A DNA stretch of 64,000 nt from Nymphaea colorata (taxonomy: Eukaryota), in assembly GCF_008831285.2 (NCBI RefSeq), contig NC_045138.2:40796001-40860000 (forward strand). Direction: 5' to 3'. Below, piece after piece: positions 53,240-64,000 of this stretch (position 1 is the stretch's first letter; each line of letters starts with the position of its first letter). Under the pieces are notes generated by a model. That model saw only the letters and a program-made list of their open reading frames with translations. It ran no database searches and had not been told where the DNA came from. The position numbers and the translations under genes are program-made.

Positions 53240-55887
53240 ATGCCGAGTGTGACATCGGTGCATCATAAACTTAGATGGTCCAATGACTTAATATCCATGT
53301 ACAAGTGGCAGGGATAGAGCCAGAAATTCTTCAGGAGGGCTAAATTAAAGTTTTTAAATTTTGATAATGGTCAAAATATCATTTTTCAAAATTTTTATAT
53401 AAGACAAGTAAAATTGCCAGCCCCCTTGGCTCGGCGCCTGCAAGGCGGGGCCTTCTACTGCACCTCTGCATGATCAGGTATGCTGAGGCATTTGTCCCAC
53501 CCTCAATAATCAACAAATGGTGTGGTTGGAGTCAACGTAATGGCAACATTTATTTTGGCCAGCTGTTTTGCAGTGTGGTGTTCTGCGTTTCTTTGGCAAA
53601 CACAGCCATTACCTTTTGCTCGACCTTTTTACTCTTCGTTCAGGAATTTGAGGTTGTTAGTGAGAAGAACTCAAAGATGTTTGGTAAATCTTCAAAAGGA
53701 GTGATAAAATGGCCTTTATTGTACAAGTGCCCATGAAATGAAGGGAAAATCTGATGTTGCTAAGAAATATTATTTGAAGATAAGCAGAGATCAGAAACTG
53801 CAGGAGGCCGAACCTTCAGTGAAAGAGGAAGGTGAAATTTCTGAAACAGAAAAACGTGAAAAAATATCACCAGTACAAGGAAAAGATTAATCAAGAAACC
53901 AAAGAAGACAAGCGGAGAGAGTGGTGTGCAGATGTTATTCTGATGAATTGCGTACACTGAGGTGCCTGGAAAAATCGCAAACCACAAGTGACAACCATTC
54001 AGAAACAAAACAAGAATATGCAAGTGATTCCAGGTGATTTTCATGGGCACTCAACACAAACATCTGGCCCCATTAAGAGTTCAATCACCCGAATGCTCAA
54101 AACCGACGAGACCCAAACAAAGTGTCAGCCGAGCTCTCCAATGGTGTGGAATGATCTCAGCTGTGGACTGGATTCACATGTGCTGAGTAAAGCCCTGAAA
54201 ATTCTACAGTTCAGTCAAAGGATTGATAGTCTCTGGTTCTTTCATCCCCAAAACCAGGATATGAAAACTCAAACCTTCCGAGGCACCCAATGTTTGAAGC
54301 TACAATTCAGTCAAGAATCAAGAGGAGAACACATGCATATCTGATAACCTGCTGACCCATCTCAATACCACAGCGAAAATCTCCTTTCCTTAATACAGGG
54401 TGCCTCTGATACCATATTGGAAGTATGGAATGAATAAAAGAAGTAGAAGATACAAGCTGTTCTGGATGAAGTTTTCCCTTCATTCAGTACCCCAACCAGG
54501 AATTGTGAAAAGAATATAAGGGTGCCTTTTCTCAGCCCTATAAGAGAAACTACACTTGGATTAAAGTAGTCTTCATACAGATTATGGCACAGCATCAAAG
54601 CTGAAATACCCTCAAGGATAACTCTAAGCAGCAATAAAGGGCAAGTAGAAAAGGGCATACGTACATTAGGATGCAATTTTCAGCAGAGAATGTGAAGAAG
54701 ACAAAAGGATAGCATGATAGATAAGTGCCAGCGAGGTTAGTGAGTGACCCCTAAACCTTTAATAAGTTAGAGGAGGTGAGGGTTTGATAGTTGTATCTTG
54801 ACATAATCCTGGTGAGCATCTGCAAGCACCAACAAAGCAAATAAATAAAAAAGTGTATCAGCTGGCTGGCGTACGATGTTCCATCTTTCAAGAAACCTTG
54901 TCCTGCATAACTGCTTGTATCATTTGCTAATATTCAAATGTTACGTTCTTCACCGGTGCTGTATAATGGAATTTTTTATGTTCCAGTATAATTCAGTACC
55001 TTTGGGCTAGCAATTGAAGTAAAAGCTGCAAATATTATAAAGCAGATGTGCTTTACAAGCACCTGTGGTATTAGTCACATTATTCCATTTTTATGTTGGC
55101 CAGTAGTTATCGGTCTCTTTTAGAATGGAAAGAATTGGTGCTCTAAATTGCACATGCATTATCTCAACGCCGATGGCACCTGTGACTACAGCAAACTGGA
55201 AGAATGAGTCCATTACAGGGTTCTTCAGATAAAACCTACAGTGACTAACTCTGACATGTTATGCTGCAGACTGCAGAATCGATAGATATTTATCCACATT
55301 TATAGAAACAAAAACTTTTGGACATACATATGCTTGGATCTGGAAGAGGTTTCCCACACATTAGAAACAGGAATATATATCAGATCTCCTGTTTGAAACA
55401 GGATTGCCGTAGGAAACGGTATTTTTCTGTCCTGTTGTGGCTCTGGATGCTCTTAACAAGGGACGCCATGATATGGCATGTAAAGATGTAATTAATTATC
55501 CGGACAAATCTGATGCGTTAAAAGATGCTTGTGGTAACTTTTTGTTGGCTCATCAAAGAAACAAAAATCACTCCCCTGTGTTTCATACTGTAACTTCTTT
55601 TGAAAAAAAAAAAATTGAAAAACCATTTTTTTCAACGTATTTTAGGCGGGAGATTGGGGGGTGTTGGTTTAACTTTCCGTGCCTACACCGCTTCACAAGT
55701 GTAAAACTCTGAGCAATTAATTATTTATACCATTGGAAGGTTTCTTTTTCCAACAAGTAACAAGCTGTTAGGAGGAGCAATGGCTTTTTTGCATGGACAA
55801 CTGCAAACCATTTTTGTCTTGTAAGTTGCATTGAAGGCCAAGGCTTGGATATGAAGCATAGAAGAGAATATATTCGTTCTTTGAATC

Positions 55888-55922
<35 letters not shown>

Positions 55923-56260
55923 AAGGGGCTCACAGATATTAGAAAAATTGTATCTCTGAGCATCTCACCGGATCTGAACTTTGGTGGTTGTACAACTGTG
56001 ACTTCTTTTAAAGATAGTATATGTGATGGCTATTGGAATTTTCTCATCAAGACTGTGTACTGATACTTTTGAATGGTGGACGCTTTACATTTCAGACTTC
56101 TGGCCAGGAGGACTACCATCGATTTTGTGGTTGGCCAAATTTAGGTTCTGGAGATCATATTCCAAGCTGATATTGCCAGAAGGAGCACAATATATACAAA
56201 TAGACGTATTCATCTCGAGAATATTAAATTCGGAGTCGAAGTTAGATGAGAAAGGGTAGT
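53240..56260 (+). pseudogene. Decayed multi-exon gene, possibly SUMO-protease (peptidase C48/ULP)-related
   Basis: A clean splice pair is present (CAG|GTATGC at 53478; TTCGTTCAG| at 53643). It is followed by a ~1.1 kb stop-poor, E/K/S-rich exon remnant ending at a GTTAGT donor near 54735. Later fragments (HMHYLN...YSKLEE*VHY, IFIHIY...FWTYICLD, PVVALDAL) resemble ULP motifs in the expected order. There are several stops and frameshifts. Confidence 0.4.
53309..53440. mobile_element. Short hAT-type MITE (CAGGGGCGGAGCC-like TIR family)
   Basis: Termini CAGGGATAGAGCCA / TGGCTCGGCGCCTG, AT-rich core, and partly duplicated flanks (CAAGTGG / CAAGGCG). Confidence 0.65.
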
Positions 56261-56540
56261 TTGGAAGTCAAAAGATGAGGTTGACAGTGGTGGAGTCAGG
56301 AATCTTGGTGGGAGTTTCCAGTGCACACGGTTTCGTTGGATCAACAATGGATTTTGTAAGAAGAAAGCGAACGCAAGAAGATAGAAGAAAGAAAAAAGAA
56401 CACAAAGGAATAACCGAAAGTGAGAAAAGGAAAAGAAGCATATTGCTAAGCACGAAGCAAAGCTGAAGAAGAAAAGAACTCTTTATGCGTTCAGATTAAT
56501 TAAACCCGACCATGCGAATATGCCATCACCGGAATGTACA

Positions 56541-56547
56541 TATATAA
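56541..56547 (+). promoter_or_regulatory. TATA box of the CYSTM gene
   Basis: TATATAA 85 nt upstream of the ATG at 56626. Confidence 0.6.
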
Positions 56548-56625
56548 AGCCAAGACATGATAGCGAGTAACTGTGCAACAGGACATACTCTGGACTAGTT
56601 GAGTTAGCTCCATCCTTCCTCCAAA

Positions 56626-57608
56626 ATGCCTCCCTCTGATACGCAACAGGCAGAGCAGCAGCAGAAACCCCCACCAGGTTCACTCCCTTCTTCTGTCTTT
56701 ACAAGTATTTCCGACTCATTTTTCTTGGAATCCACATCATAAACATGTTCATCATAAAGAAGCACCACTTGAGACATGTTTTTGCAAGTTGGTAGTTCTT
56801 TATGCCTGAGTATGCATGAAAAACCATAGGCTGTTGATCTTCAAACACTGAAGGCTTGCATCATGTATCTTATTAATCGAGAGATGACAGTCTAAGAGGT
56901 TAATTTTTCAATTCCAGTAAGCAGAACACATGTCTGTGCTCTTATGCTCAAGTGTCGCTTCTGTTACTAGGGTACCCTCAGCCTCAAGGGGATTCTCCTG
57001 CTCCAAAGAAGTCCAGGCGCCCAAGAACAGCAAAGAAAGGGGAGAGAGGATTCCTTGAAGGATGGTAAGCTAAGCAGTTGCACCAGCGTCAATACCATTT
57101 ATGATTTATACGTTGAGATGTTTAACTCCTTTTAATATTTTTCCTTTTTTTATTTACTTGAGCAACCAAAAAGAAAAAAAAAGAGAGAAAAGAAGCGATT
57201 CCTCTCAAAGTGCTGGCCTCTTTTCTCTGTTCCCTCCTTGATAGTAAGCTGCAGTTAGGCAAAATTTCTGCCAGATTATGCTAACCAAGACCTGAATCAA
57301 GTATTGAATTCTCAGCCTCCTTTAAGGTTTTGAGGTCATCCTCCTAGTCAGGTGGCTGAGAGACTGATTTCTTCTGATAAAACGTCAAATTCTCTACAGG
57401 TGAAAAGTGAATTGGCAGTTACGTGTAAGAACATCTTTAGCCAAGAAACTTTTTCCAAGGGGATTCTTTGCGATGCAAACAGCCTTCATAAGCAAAATAA
57501 ACCCTTTTCATCTACTCCAATATTAACTTCAATCTAATCTTCTTTTGTCACCACTGCAGCTTGGCGGGGCTTTGCTGCTGCTGGCTTTGCGAGGAATGCT
57601 GCTGCTGA
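56626..57608 (+). CDS. CYSTM: Cysteine-rich transmembrane module (CYSTM; PCC1/WIH-like) small protein, 64 aa; exons 56626-56677, 56971-57064, 57560-57608
   Basis: Manual splicing (CAG|GTTCAC...TACTAG|GG; ATG|GTAAGC...CTGCAG|C) gives MPPSDTQQAEQQQKPPPGYPQPQGDSPAPKKSRRPRTAKKGERGFLEGCLAGLCCCWLCEECCC*. A Pro/Gln-rich N-terminus plus GFLEGCLAxLCCCW is the CYSTM signature. TATATAA lies at 56541. Confidence 0.93.
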
Positions 57609-58350
57609 TTGCGTGACTGGTGCAGATGGCGATACGAATCTAGCTACCTGATTACCAACCATTAGTGTGTAACCTTCCTTTTGTGGGAGTTAACAATAAC
57701 GTTGCATCATGTCTATGTTCTAAGCTCTAGATCTGTGAAGAAGTATGGCGATAAGATGGTTTTGTGATGAATAAAGTGGTTGTCAGTTTCTTGTAAGCAA
57801 ATATGGTCTTTCAAGTATTTCCTACAGTAATTACTGGTCAAATGCACACAGACAAATACAATATTTAGAAAATGGAAAATAGAATAAAAATTTAAACAAA
57901 AGATATGTGATGAGATGCTTCGTATCACCTTGTAATTTCTCCTGAATTATAGCCAATTACTGCACAAAAGTGTCTTGCTTCTAATTTCTAACTACTCTCG
58001 AACCCTATAATAATGAACTGATTGAAATTTGCAACTACACAAAGAAATAATATTTTACAGAGGAAAGTGTGTGCGTGAGCAAAATGCGAAGAAATGTCTT
58101 CACACAGGCTGCAGAACGAATCCAGCAATCCGAGTTCTTTTTTTTTTTTTTTTTTGCTTTATTAATCAAGTAAAGTTCAAGTCAATATTTAAACTTGACA
58201 AATAAAATAAGTCGACCTCGAATCGTGTATGCTCGGCTTGAGCAAGATCGATTAGTCTCTTAAAATCATACTCGTTATATAAAATGTTTTTCAAGTAATG
58301 GTCATTATTTGTGGGTTTTCAAGTGGAATGTCCCACCTTCAGAACCCTTC

Positions 58351-59190
58351 AGGGGGCGTCTGGATGACAACCTCAAAAAATTAGTTTTCACAACAAAACC
58401 TGGTTTTGTTAAAACCTGATTTTTAAAGTAGTTTTCAGAACCGGGTTTGCTTGTTTGGATGGCAAGGCAAAAACCCGGATTTCACTTTTCAAAACATGGT
58501 TTTTGTTTGGATGACAAAGGAAATAGAATTTTGAAAACCTGGCTTGTACATGAGTTCCTAATAACATATCAAGATAAACATAAAGCACTCAAAAGGCACA
58601 ACAAGGCTATTTATACTTTGAATTCGCTTATTCAAAAGAAACTCAATTCAGCCACCTTTGTCCAGATTTGAATCCTTCAAGCCGACTCAACTTTACTTTG
58701 TCTACACCAGCTTACATTAGAAATCGTTGTATGAAACCAAATCATAATGACAATCACAACAAAAAAAAGGGTAAGAGAGAGAAACTTTTACTTTCTTTTA
58801 CTTTTTTTTTTTCAATAAAATTTGAATTTAAGCCCCACAATTTATATTATGAAAATGGCTCAAATGAGGAACTTAATGCTTCATTACCACAGAATGTCTA
58901 CACCACCAAGTAAGTATTATGCTTCACAAAGCTTCATGTTAGTTTAAAATCGAACTCAGTAAAATTCTCAAAAATGAAAACTAGCTATTTGAAGCGTGAT
59001 GTTGCACATGAGTAACTTAAAAAACATAACTTTCTTGCAAAGACGTGACATCCAAGATAAAAAGTGTGTTTATGCTATGAAATAACTGTTGTCCTGGAGA
59101 AGAAACATGAGTTCTGGATGAAAAATCTGGGGGTCCAGGTTTTTCATTGCCATGTCAAAAAAAAAAACCTTGTTTTGTGAAACCTGGGTT
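58351..59190. mobile_element. Degenerate Harbinger-like non-autonomous element
   Basis: Starts AGGGGGCGTCTGGATGACAA, with internal repeats TTTGGATG(A/G)CAA and AAAACCTGGTTTT near both ends. The right end is poorly defined. Confidence 0.4.
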
Positions 59191-60156
59191 TGTCTGTATC
59201 TTTTGTTCATATATTAATAAAGAAGCAAACCCCTTCATCAGCAAATTGTTTCCTTGGCAGGAGCCTTTCTTTTGTTTCTCTTTTTTTCAAGATTTTGAAA
59301 CAAAAAGATTCAAATAACTGTTTTTATGTATGTTTCGCATGCTACTCAGTAAGTAGGAACAAGCCTGAGCCTCAGTTTAGATGATTCTCACAGAAATCTC
59401 GCAATTTTCGAAAATCTCATGATATTTACGAGAGAAATAAATAAAACGAAAATATCGAGAAAATCTCATGTTATTTTTGAACATCTTGGTAGATTTTTTC
59501 ACCACTTTTCACGATTTGTTATATTTTTTTCACTTTTTATTAGTTTCTCATTCATTTTATTTATTATACTTTTTAGGATTTTTAGTTTTTTTTTTTAATT
59601 TTCAGAGATTTTTTTTTGGAAAGTTTTTTTGGGAAAAACAACTTAGCCAAAATTATACCCCAAAAAAAAAAACATGACGATATTTTCTGGAGAATGATAT
59701 TTATGACAATAGTTTAAATGTTGAAAAAAAAAAGTAGCTTCTAATGAGACTGATTTCTAGACAGACTAGACTGCGAATCACGGGTTCTGCTAAAACGTTA
59801 CACACCGCTTACACTGTGTTCTCGAGACCGCCGTGGTTCACAGTTACCAGTCAGCCGAAATCCATATCCAGTTATATGTAAGAATCCAGATCCGGTTTGG
59901 GAACTTTTCACCCAAAACTTGGCAAGATATTGCTTCCCGATATATTTTGTAGTTCAGTTCTGTATCACATATTTACAATCCAAGTCTGAGTCTTACCACA
60001 ATCCACTTGATCATCAATCTGCCTTATTGGTCAAACATAATAATGCTAAGAAGATGCATCCTAGGTGTCAACTTTTTGCTAAGACTCAGACCCCACCATG
60101 GTTGCTTCTCCTCTTACTGCAAGCACAGTCCGACTGGTAAACAAGTAGGTTCAGGT

Positions 60157-60343
60157 CACGGGCGGAGTCAAGATTTTTTTTCAGGGGTGAGACACAGTCC
60201 AACTTTTGAATTCAAGTGAAGCCAAACTAAATCCGAATCCAAATGACCAAACTAAAAATTTTCATTTTTTTCAATGTGTGTTTTTTTTTTCAATTTGTTG
60301 GGGTGGGGCCATGGCCTAGGCAGGCCCCCTCCCTCCGCCCGGG
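60157..60343. mobile_element. Short hAT-type MITE (same broad family as 53309-53440)
   Basis: Termini CACGGGCGGAG / CTCCGCCCGGG. Flanks GTTCAGGT / GGTCAGAT resemble an 8-bp TSD. The core is AT-rich. Confidence 0.65.
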
Positions 60344-61599
60344 TCAGATCCTTCACCCAAATATTACAATTCTCCATTATTTTCATAAGCAGAAGATGCT
60401 TGTAAAAGAACTGAGTCTTTCTTCTACCTTAAAGGTTTTAGGGCTACTTAGAAACTTAAGTGAATTACATGACACACCAATCAACTAAAGTACTGGGCTC
60501 TTAAAGATGTTTATATGTAAAATTATTTCTCATCTCTTGGAAAAGCAAGGGGAGAAAGTTCACAATCCAAAAGTTCTTGGATATAAGGCCAAAGAACTAC
60601 CATCACTGACAACACGTACGCTGACGACCGTTTCCAGTAAAATCTCTCGATAATAAAGTTGTCAAAGTTCTCGTTCTGCAGAAAAAGAGTACAATCGGTT
60701 TGGGATGGGAGCAAGAGACATATAGTCGGTGGAGAATTTTTACCCCTTTCTCTACGTTCATGAACCTTGTAGAGGCCATGCAGAAGGAATGGCTGTGGTA
60801 GAGTGATCGTTTATCGCTTTATCCATCCCCTCATCTCCAAGTTTTTCGTTTGAGGTCAGGATGATGTTGGGCATTTGTGGTTCTTGTTTTATTACGTGTT
60901 CTTGTGCATGTTCGCCTTTGCTTTCATCTTAGCCTGATTTCGTACCCATGAAAAATTTCATTGAGAGGCTTTTAATTTTCTTCACAGTTTTAATAATCTC
61001 ATCTTTTGTTTTTCTACTTTTTAGTACTTGCCTAGGCATTTGTAAGATTTTTGGCTCAAGAAAAAAATAAAATAAGTCATTATTATGATTATTTTAATAT
61101 GGGGACATTAATACGAATGTTTGATACTTTGGTGTTTTAAATTGCTTTTCTCTGTGCTTCATCCTCGAGCAGTTTATGCATGTAGGAGGCACTCCAAAGT
61201 TCTTCATGATATTAAATGCCCTTCGTGTGATTTTGATAAGTTCAAACTAAGGCCCTGTTTGATGGTTTTCTGGTGAACCTTGTTACTGAATCTGAGACGT
61301 TGGAAAATGTTGGAAGCTGGTGAATATTAGGTAAAAGATTTGTCTCCATAAAGACTACAAAAACAAAAGCATGCACACATGTATATGAAAGTTTATTTGC
61401 AAGACGTCGTGATTTATCATCTTTTCTTTCATGCTTTCATCTACTTTTTCCCTCTGTTCTTTTTCTTTTTTCCTTTTTCTAATTTGCATTAAGATCAATG
61501 AAGTCTAAGGAAGAAAGAGACTTGAAATCCCAGTCTTATTCTGAGACTGATTTTTATTAGTTTTCTTTCCTCTACACAATAGAGCAGCGTTTGTGGCCT

Positions 61600-63143
61600 C
61601 TCAAAGGCGTTAGTCCTTCTTATCTGCCACCTGGACAAGAAGGCAAAAAGGTTTGGCCCACTACCTACCCATTAAATTTGCAAGTTAGCGCCGTCTCTTT
61701 TTGGCCTCGTTCTATCTCATTCCCGCATCTGTGGGAGTGCCGCGAGTCTGACGAGGTGGTGGGAGCGAGGAGCAGAGACGCACACCACACAATTGTGATA
61801 TAGCCCTGTGAGTTTTCTATCCCTTCTCTTCACTCCCACAGAAGCTCCATGAATTCTGCAGATTAATGATCTCTTCTGCTGTTTCTCTCCTGGTATCGGT
61901 ACTGATTTTGATATTTATTTTCTAAGATCGAAGAGCTTTATATGCTGATTGCGGTCTTAGTTCAACGTACTAAAATTTATTTCAGAAAGTAGCTTTTGTG
62001 AGAATTTAAGTCCATGTCAATGATCCCACAAATCTTGATTGAGCTTAGTGTGGGGAGTCAAATTCTAGCCTTGTAAGTGTGGGGAACTTGAGACGGAGTC
62101 TTTAATGGGTTGGTTTTGATGGATTGTGAAACGTCGTCCCTCATGGTGTTGATAACACAGCAAGACCATGATGGTAACAGAATGGCTTGTGCGACGGTGT
62201 CGCTAATACAACAGTTAAGCAACAATGAATGGGTTTAATGGTTCTGCACCATGATTTTCTTTAGTAAATCAACCTCCCCACGTTACTACATGATGTGTAG
62301 GGAATCATCAATCAGCAAGCGTTTAGTGAGGCACTCTGTTCCTATCAGTAGTTCTGCAAAGTCTGACGAAAAAGGAAAAAGGAGAAAAAGGAAAGAAGGT
62401 TATGAACTACGGTGGTTATCAGGGCATTAGCAATAGCTAAACTACTGATCAATTCTTAGATAACTCATGCAATAACTCGTGGGCCTGTCTGTTTTTGTGT
62501 GTGGTTCAGCAGTGCAGAGTGTTGCTTATTTTTTCCTTGTTTTCTCAACTTCATCGGTTGGTGAAACTTGAAGATGGCGAATCCGTGCAACGAGAGTCGT
62601 AATCTTAGAAAGACGAAAGAGGTGCCGATATGGACTCTGTCATGTGCTTATGGTTCTTAAAATTGAATAAATTAATAGTGAGCACCGCGTTCTTATTCCC
62701 ATATATCTAAATATGATATAAGTTCGTAGTGATGAGTTGAATATGAATCAATCTATTTGAACGCGAAAGCATGCATGTACATCAATTAAACATAGACGAT
62801 TTACAGGGGAACCGTACTAGCCACTCACATATTGCAGATGTTATGTAACGGTTTGAAAATTACCTGAGTTGGTCCAAATTATACACAAGGATTGAGAGCC
62901 TGTCAATCATTCGTTATTAGTTACTACAAGAGAGCATGCATATGAAAAATTCACCACTGACTGTTCATCCTGTTTTTTTGCCATGGGTGAAGTTTCTCAT
63001 TATCGGGGTTGTATGTGGAAATTTTTTGCAGGCAAAGCTCCAGCAGCAGGTTTGGTAGGGAAAAAGATAAGAAAAGACGAGGAGAAGAACTCTATCCGGA
63101 TTCATCTGTTACTGTGGTGTACATCAGCAGTAGGTGAGACAAG
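61600..63143 (+). promoter_or_regulatory. Probable AGT1 promoter, non-coding first exon and 5'-UTR intron (61808-63031)
   Basis: An I-box-like CTTATC and GCCACCTGG lie near 61618-61634. Donor CCT|GTGAGT is at 61808 and acceptor TTTTTTGCAG ends at 63031. There is no ATG between 63032 and 63143. Confidence 0.5.
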
Positions 63144-63348
63144 ATGGATTACGTATATGGACCAGGGAGGAACCATCTTTTTGTTCCGGGACCTGTCAAC
63201 ATTCCGGAGCCTGTCATCCGGGCCATGAACAGAAACAATGAGGATTACCGTTCTCCAGCTGTACCAGCTTTAACAAAAACTCTTCTGGAGGATGTAAAGA
63301 AGATTTTCAAAACAACCACTGGTACCCCATTCCTCTTCCCTACTACAG
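63144..63348 (+). CDS. AGT1: Serine:glyoxylate (alanine:glyoxylate) aminotransferase, first coding exon; the gene continues beyond the window
   Basis: MDYVYGPGRNHLFVPGPVNIPEPVIRAMNRNNEDYRSPAVPALTKTLLEDVKKIFKTTTGTPFLFPTT-G is the highly conserved AGT1/SGAT N-terminus. Donor ACAG|GTAACC at 63348/49. No further coding exon was recognised before 64000. Confidence 0.96.
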
Positions 63349-64000
63349 GTAACCAATCAACCTTACATGCATATTTATCTTTGTTTTAATATTTTGTGCA
63401 AAACATTCTGGAAAGGGGCTCTATTAACTGGCATGGTTATTTCAACCTGAGTTTCGTACATATGTTACCCCAGCCTATTCATGTTTCTATGGTGCAGGAG
63501 CAGATTTAAGTACTTGTCATGTCTTGGACTCTTGAATAGCTTGAGTAATTTGAACCAATATGGAAACATTTGGTAGGAACACATCCAATTTTGTGAACCG
63601 TGAAAGTTACACATTAAGCATACCATATAACTTCCAATTCCCTACTAGATTCTACTTTGACTACGCCTGAACTTGGTCATGTTTCAAAATTGCACCAAAC
63701 ACGGGTCCAATCACTTGTGTGGGCTACAAACAACTATAGTACAAATATCCTGCAGTGCCACTATATATTCTGCCAGTGGGAAAAACATGCCATCTTAAGT
63801 TGGTAAGCACTCTTGGCAGGAAAACTATTCAAGAGTAGCTCAATTTTCATTAGTACTGAAGCTAATTCTCTAGTACTCCTAAAGTATCTGGTCCTTGAAA
63901 CTTTAGTCAAGGTAAGACTTCAAATTCATCTCATATGAGGTCTGACAGAGGAAAATGTCAGTCTTAGCATTGTTTTCAAGCATTACTGCATCAGTATCGG

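Noticed and set aside
54404..54414. TGGTATCAGAG (tRNA-Met primer-binding-site-like) on the minus strand
   Set aside because: No paired LTR, polypurine tract or gag/pol remnant was found, and it lies inside the decayed coding frame.
56096..56170. TSGQEDYHR resembling the ROP GTPase motif DTAGQEDYNR
   Set aside because: No P-loop or other convincing GTPase motifs nearby; the match is short.
57244..57650. Long stop-poor frame resembling a pseudogene exon, and a minus-strand VARFVSPSAP...ED frame
   Set aside because: Explained by CYSTM intron 2, exon 3 (in another frame) and its 3' UTR.
38542..63348. FolD plus AGT1 as a photorespiration/one-carbon gene cluster
   Set aside because: They are 20 kb apart with unrelated genes between them, and there is no sequence evidence of co-regulation.

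Overview
This is eukaryotic (flowering-plant) nuclear DNA: AT-rich intergenic and intron sequence with (TA)n/(GA)n microsatellites and many short non-autonomous DNA-transposon remnants. No prokaryotic features or CRISPR arrays were seen. Seven protein-coding genes are supported: (1) a BLADE-ON-PETIOLE/NPR5-type BTB-ankyrin gene (+, 2 exons, 11557-14146); (2) an intronless CML35/36-type calmodulin-like gene (-, 29869-30501); (3) an organellar FolD methylene-THF dehydrogenase/cyclohydrolase (-, 5 exons, 38542-43035); (4, 5) two tandem ABA2/xanthoxin-dehydrogenase-like SDR genes (+, 45758-46828 and 50756-51818); (6) a 64-aa, three-exon CYSTM peptide gene absent from the ORF track (+, 56626-57608); (7) the first coding exon of serine:glyoxylate aminotransferase AGT1 (+, from 63144). 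The most notable observations are the hidden CYSTM gene, non-canonical GC donor sites in both ABA2-like paralogs, an apparent gene-conversion tract between them, a decayed multi-exon gene with weak SUMO-protease (C48/ULP)-like motifs, and candidate cis-regulatory modules upstream of BOP. I cannot show a wholly new biological system from the sequence alone. Family assignments come from recognising motifs by eye, not from database searches.
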